Positions 44,706 through 46,382 of a stretch of 46,382 nt of DNA are shown here, in pieces. Source of the DNA: an uncultured Solirubrobacterales bacterium (GTDB lineage Bacteria > Actinomycetota > Thermoleophilia > Solirubrobacterales > Solirubrobacteraceae); assembly GCA_937973575.1 (NCBI GenBank), contig CALJKH010000099.1:1-46382 (forward strand). Reading direction: 5' to 3'. The notes below the pieces were generated by a model that saw nothing but the letters and a program-made list of their open reading frames with translations, did no database searches and had not been told where the DNA came from. Every line of letters begins with the position of its first letter. Position 1 is the stretch's first letter. The position numbers and the translations under genes are program-made.

Positions 44706-46382
44706 ATGACCCGCAATCGCCGCATTCATATGGCGCTCGCATGTGTAGCAGCAGCTGCATTTGCTTCAGCGCCGGCAGCATCGGCATATGCACCACCGGC
44801 TAGCCCCGGCAAGGTTGCAAAGCCAACTGGCAAGAAAAAGACTCTTACCGTTTCGAAGTCATGTGCTTCAGCAGCGCTTAACAAGACATGCTTCTCAACG
44901 ATTCAGGCTGCAGTTACAGCCACTAAGCAGACAACTCACAAGTACGAGTACACCGTCTCGATTGGCGCTGGCAAGTACAACGAGTTTGTCTACGCAGAAG
45001 GCCACGCATTTGACGGCCTCACCATTCAAGGTGCCACGACTGACCGCACCAAGGTTGTTGTTGACCTCAGGGGTCTGTCTGACACTGCGATTGCCAGTGG
45101 TCCGTTTGCGGGCCTTGTTCCTGACGCCAACGCGATCACCATCAATGGTGTCAGCGGTATTTCCGTCAAGAACCTGACTGTTCAGCACTACAAGGACAAC
45201 GGCGTTTGGATCGTTAACGCTGGCGTTCCTGCCGACTACGTGAACCTGCTTGACGGCGCGCCAATCACGCAGCCATCGGCTCAGCTCACCAAGAACGAGC
45301 TTTTCGGCGGCAAGACCTACACGATCGACAACGTCACAGCTCGCTACGGCGGCGTGTACGGCATCTTCGCCCGTACATCAATTGGTGGCACGATCAACAA
45401 CACCGAGTCCTACTACAACAATGACTCCGGCTACTACATCGGCGAGACTCCGCCGCAGCAGAAGCCAGTCCGCACCACGATTTCAGGTGCAGTGTCATGG
45501 GGTAATGAGCTCGGTTTCTCAGGTACACACGCCCGTTACGTGACGATCAGCAAGGGTCGTTGGTTCAACAACGGCATGGGCATCGTCCCGAACATCACGA
45601 TGGGTGAGCACTGGCCACCACCGTCGTTCAACATCATCACTGACAACGACATCTACGGCAACAACTTCGACTACTACGGTGCTCCAGCTACCTGCACCGA
45701 AGCCGATGTAACTGGCTCACTTCACGGCTGCAAGCACGCTGGCGATCTGGCCAAGGCCAGCGACGGCACCCACCTGATCTTCCCAGGTCAGGCACCGTTC
45801 CACCTCAACGGTGGAGCTCTCGGTGGCGGCGCTGACTACCCACCAGGAATCGGCATCCTCGCGTTTGCGTCTCAGGATTCAGAGATCAGCAAGAACCGCA
45901 TCTGGGGCAACAAGCTCCTCGGCGTTGGCTTCCTGAACCCAACGATCCTGATCAACGGAACCCGCAACTGGAAGGCGATCTGCGGCACATCAGGATCACC
46001 AATCAGCTCACCTGATTGCAACAGCCTGAAGAACTCAACGATCATTAAGCGCAACAAGGTCACTGGCAACAGCTTCGGCTCAGTCATTAACGCCAGCGGC
46101 ACCAAGATCGGTGTTAACCGCAACGGTCGTGACCTGCTCTACACCAACGACGGACAGGGCAACTGCTTCGGCGGTTCTGGCGCACTTGCCAACACGTTCG
46201 AAGGTGGCAACGGCGTCCTTTGGGGAGTCCCAACCGACGCAAGCAAGTCAGCCTGGCAGACGTGTGACAAGGGCACCTACAGCGCCACCAAGACTGGTCC
46301 GCTGCAGATGGCTTACTACTACGCGCTTACCTTCGCTGACGGTACGCCGACCTCCGGTACCACTGGGCTTGGCGCCTACGAC
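44706..46382 (+). CDS. Secreted right-handed parallel beta-helix (pectin-lyase-fold/NosD-like) protein, C-terminus cut by window edge
   Basis: Open frame from ATG 44706 to the window end (559 codons in my translation; absent from the track because it is unterminated). Signal MTRNRRIHMALACVAAAAFASAPAASA. Beta-helix-type repeats include ITINGVSGISVKNLTV, NTESYYNNDSGYYIG, NIITDNDIYGNN, SEISKNRIWGN and STIIKRNKVTGN. Confidence 0.75.
   Translation, partial: MTRNRRIHMALACVAAAAFASAPAASAYAPPASPGKVAKPTGKKKTLTVSKSCASAALNKTCFSTIQAAVTATKQTTHKYEYTVSIGAGKYNEFVYAEGHAFDGLTIQGATTDRTKVVVDLRGLSDTAIASGPFAGLVPDANAITINGVSGISVKNLTVQHYKDNGVWIVNAGVPADYVNLLDGAPITQPSAQLTKNELFGGKTYTIDNVTARYGGVYGIFARTSIGGTINNTESYYNNDSGYYIGETPPQQKPVRTTISGAVSWGNELGFSGTHARYVTISKGRWFNNGMGIVPNITMGEHWPPPSFNIITDNDIYGNNFDYYGAPATCTEADVTGSLHGCKHAGDLAKASDGTHLIFPGQAPFHLNGGALGGGADYPPGIGILAFASQDSEISKNRIWGNKLLGVGFLNPTILINGTRNWKAICGTSGSPISSPDCNSLKNSTIIKRNKVTGNSFGSVINASGTKIGVNRNGRDLLYTNDGQGNCFGGSGALANTFEGGNGVLWGVPTDASKSAWQTCDKGTYSATKTGPLQMAYYYALTFADGTPTSGTTGLGAYD

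Overview
Moderately GC-rich, Actinomycetota-like chromosomal segment, judged from frequent GTG/TTG starts, twin-arginine signals, 4-nt overlaps between adjacent genes and family content. I call 38 protein-coding genes (two truncated by the window edges), one tRNA-Thr(CGT), several hairpin terminators and a few candidate operators. I saw no rRNA, CRISPR array, transposase, integrase or phage genes, and no defence-type genes apart from one VapBC pair. Layout: (i) 1-18.1 kb, all on the minus strand, encodes secreted or envelope proteins. These are a LolA-like protein, a PstS-like phosphate binder, a beta-propeller/phosphoesterase fusion, a Kelch+YVTN double-propeller lipoprotein, an arylsulfotransferase-family protein and an APC permease. 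They are followed by a translationally coupled pair (an RCC1-propeller/collagen-like protein and a DUF11-repeat protein ending in a polytopic membrane domain) and a secreted copper protein with a C-terminal cupredoxin. (ii) 18.2-24.5 kb holds DUF427, 6-phosphofructokinase, a Cys-rich secreted orphan, TetR + FAD oxidase + DAPG-hydrolase-like, and a tandem DUF1330 protein. (iii) 24.5-30.3 kb is an IclR-linked catabolic operon (cyclase-family hydrolase, cupin, SDR, 3-hydroxyacyl-CoA-dehydrogenase-like, BKACE) with a GST-like gene. (iv) 30.4-40.9 kb holds a large polytopic membrane protein, the tRNA, a polysaccharide deacetylase, YceI, an ABC-2 exporter, an orphan RHH, a PQQ sugar dehydrogenase with PKD domain, VapBC, and TetR + MFS efflux. 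(v) 41-46.4 kb holds a Tat-PhoD phosphatase and a copper cluster (amicyanin-like cupredoxin, two-domain multicopper oxidase, beta-helix protein). The best candidates for something undescribed are the coupled RCC1/collagen + DUF11/membrane-domain pair (9962-16314) and the PHM-like copper-site protein fused to a cupredoxin (16398-18089). All family calls rest on motif recognition by eye, because no searches could be run.
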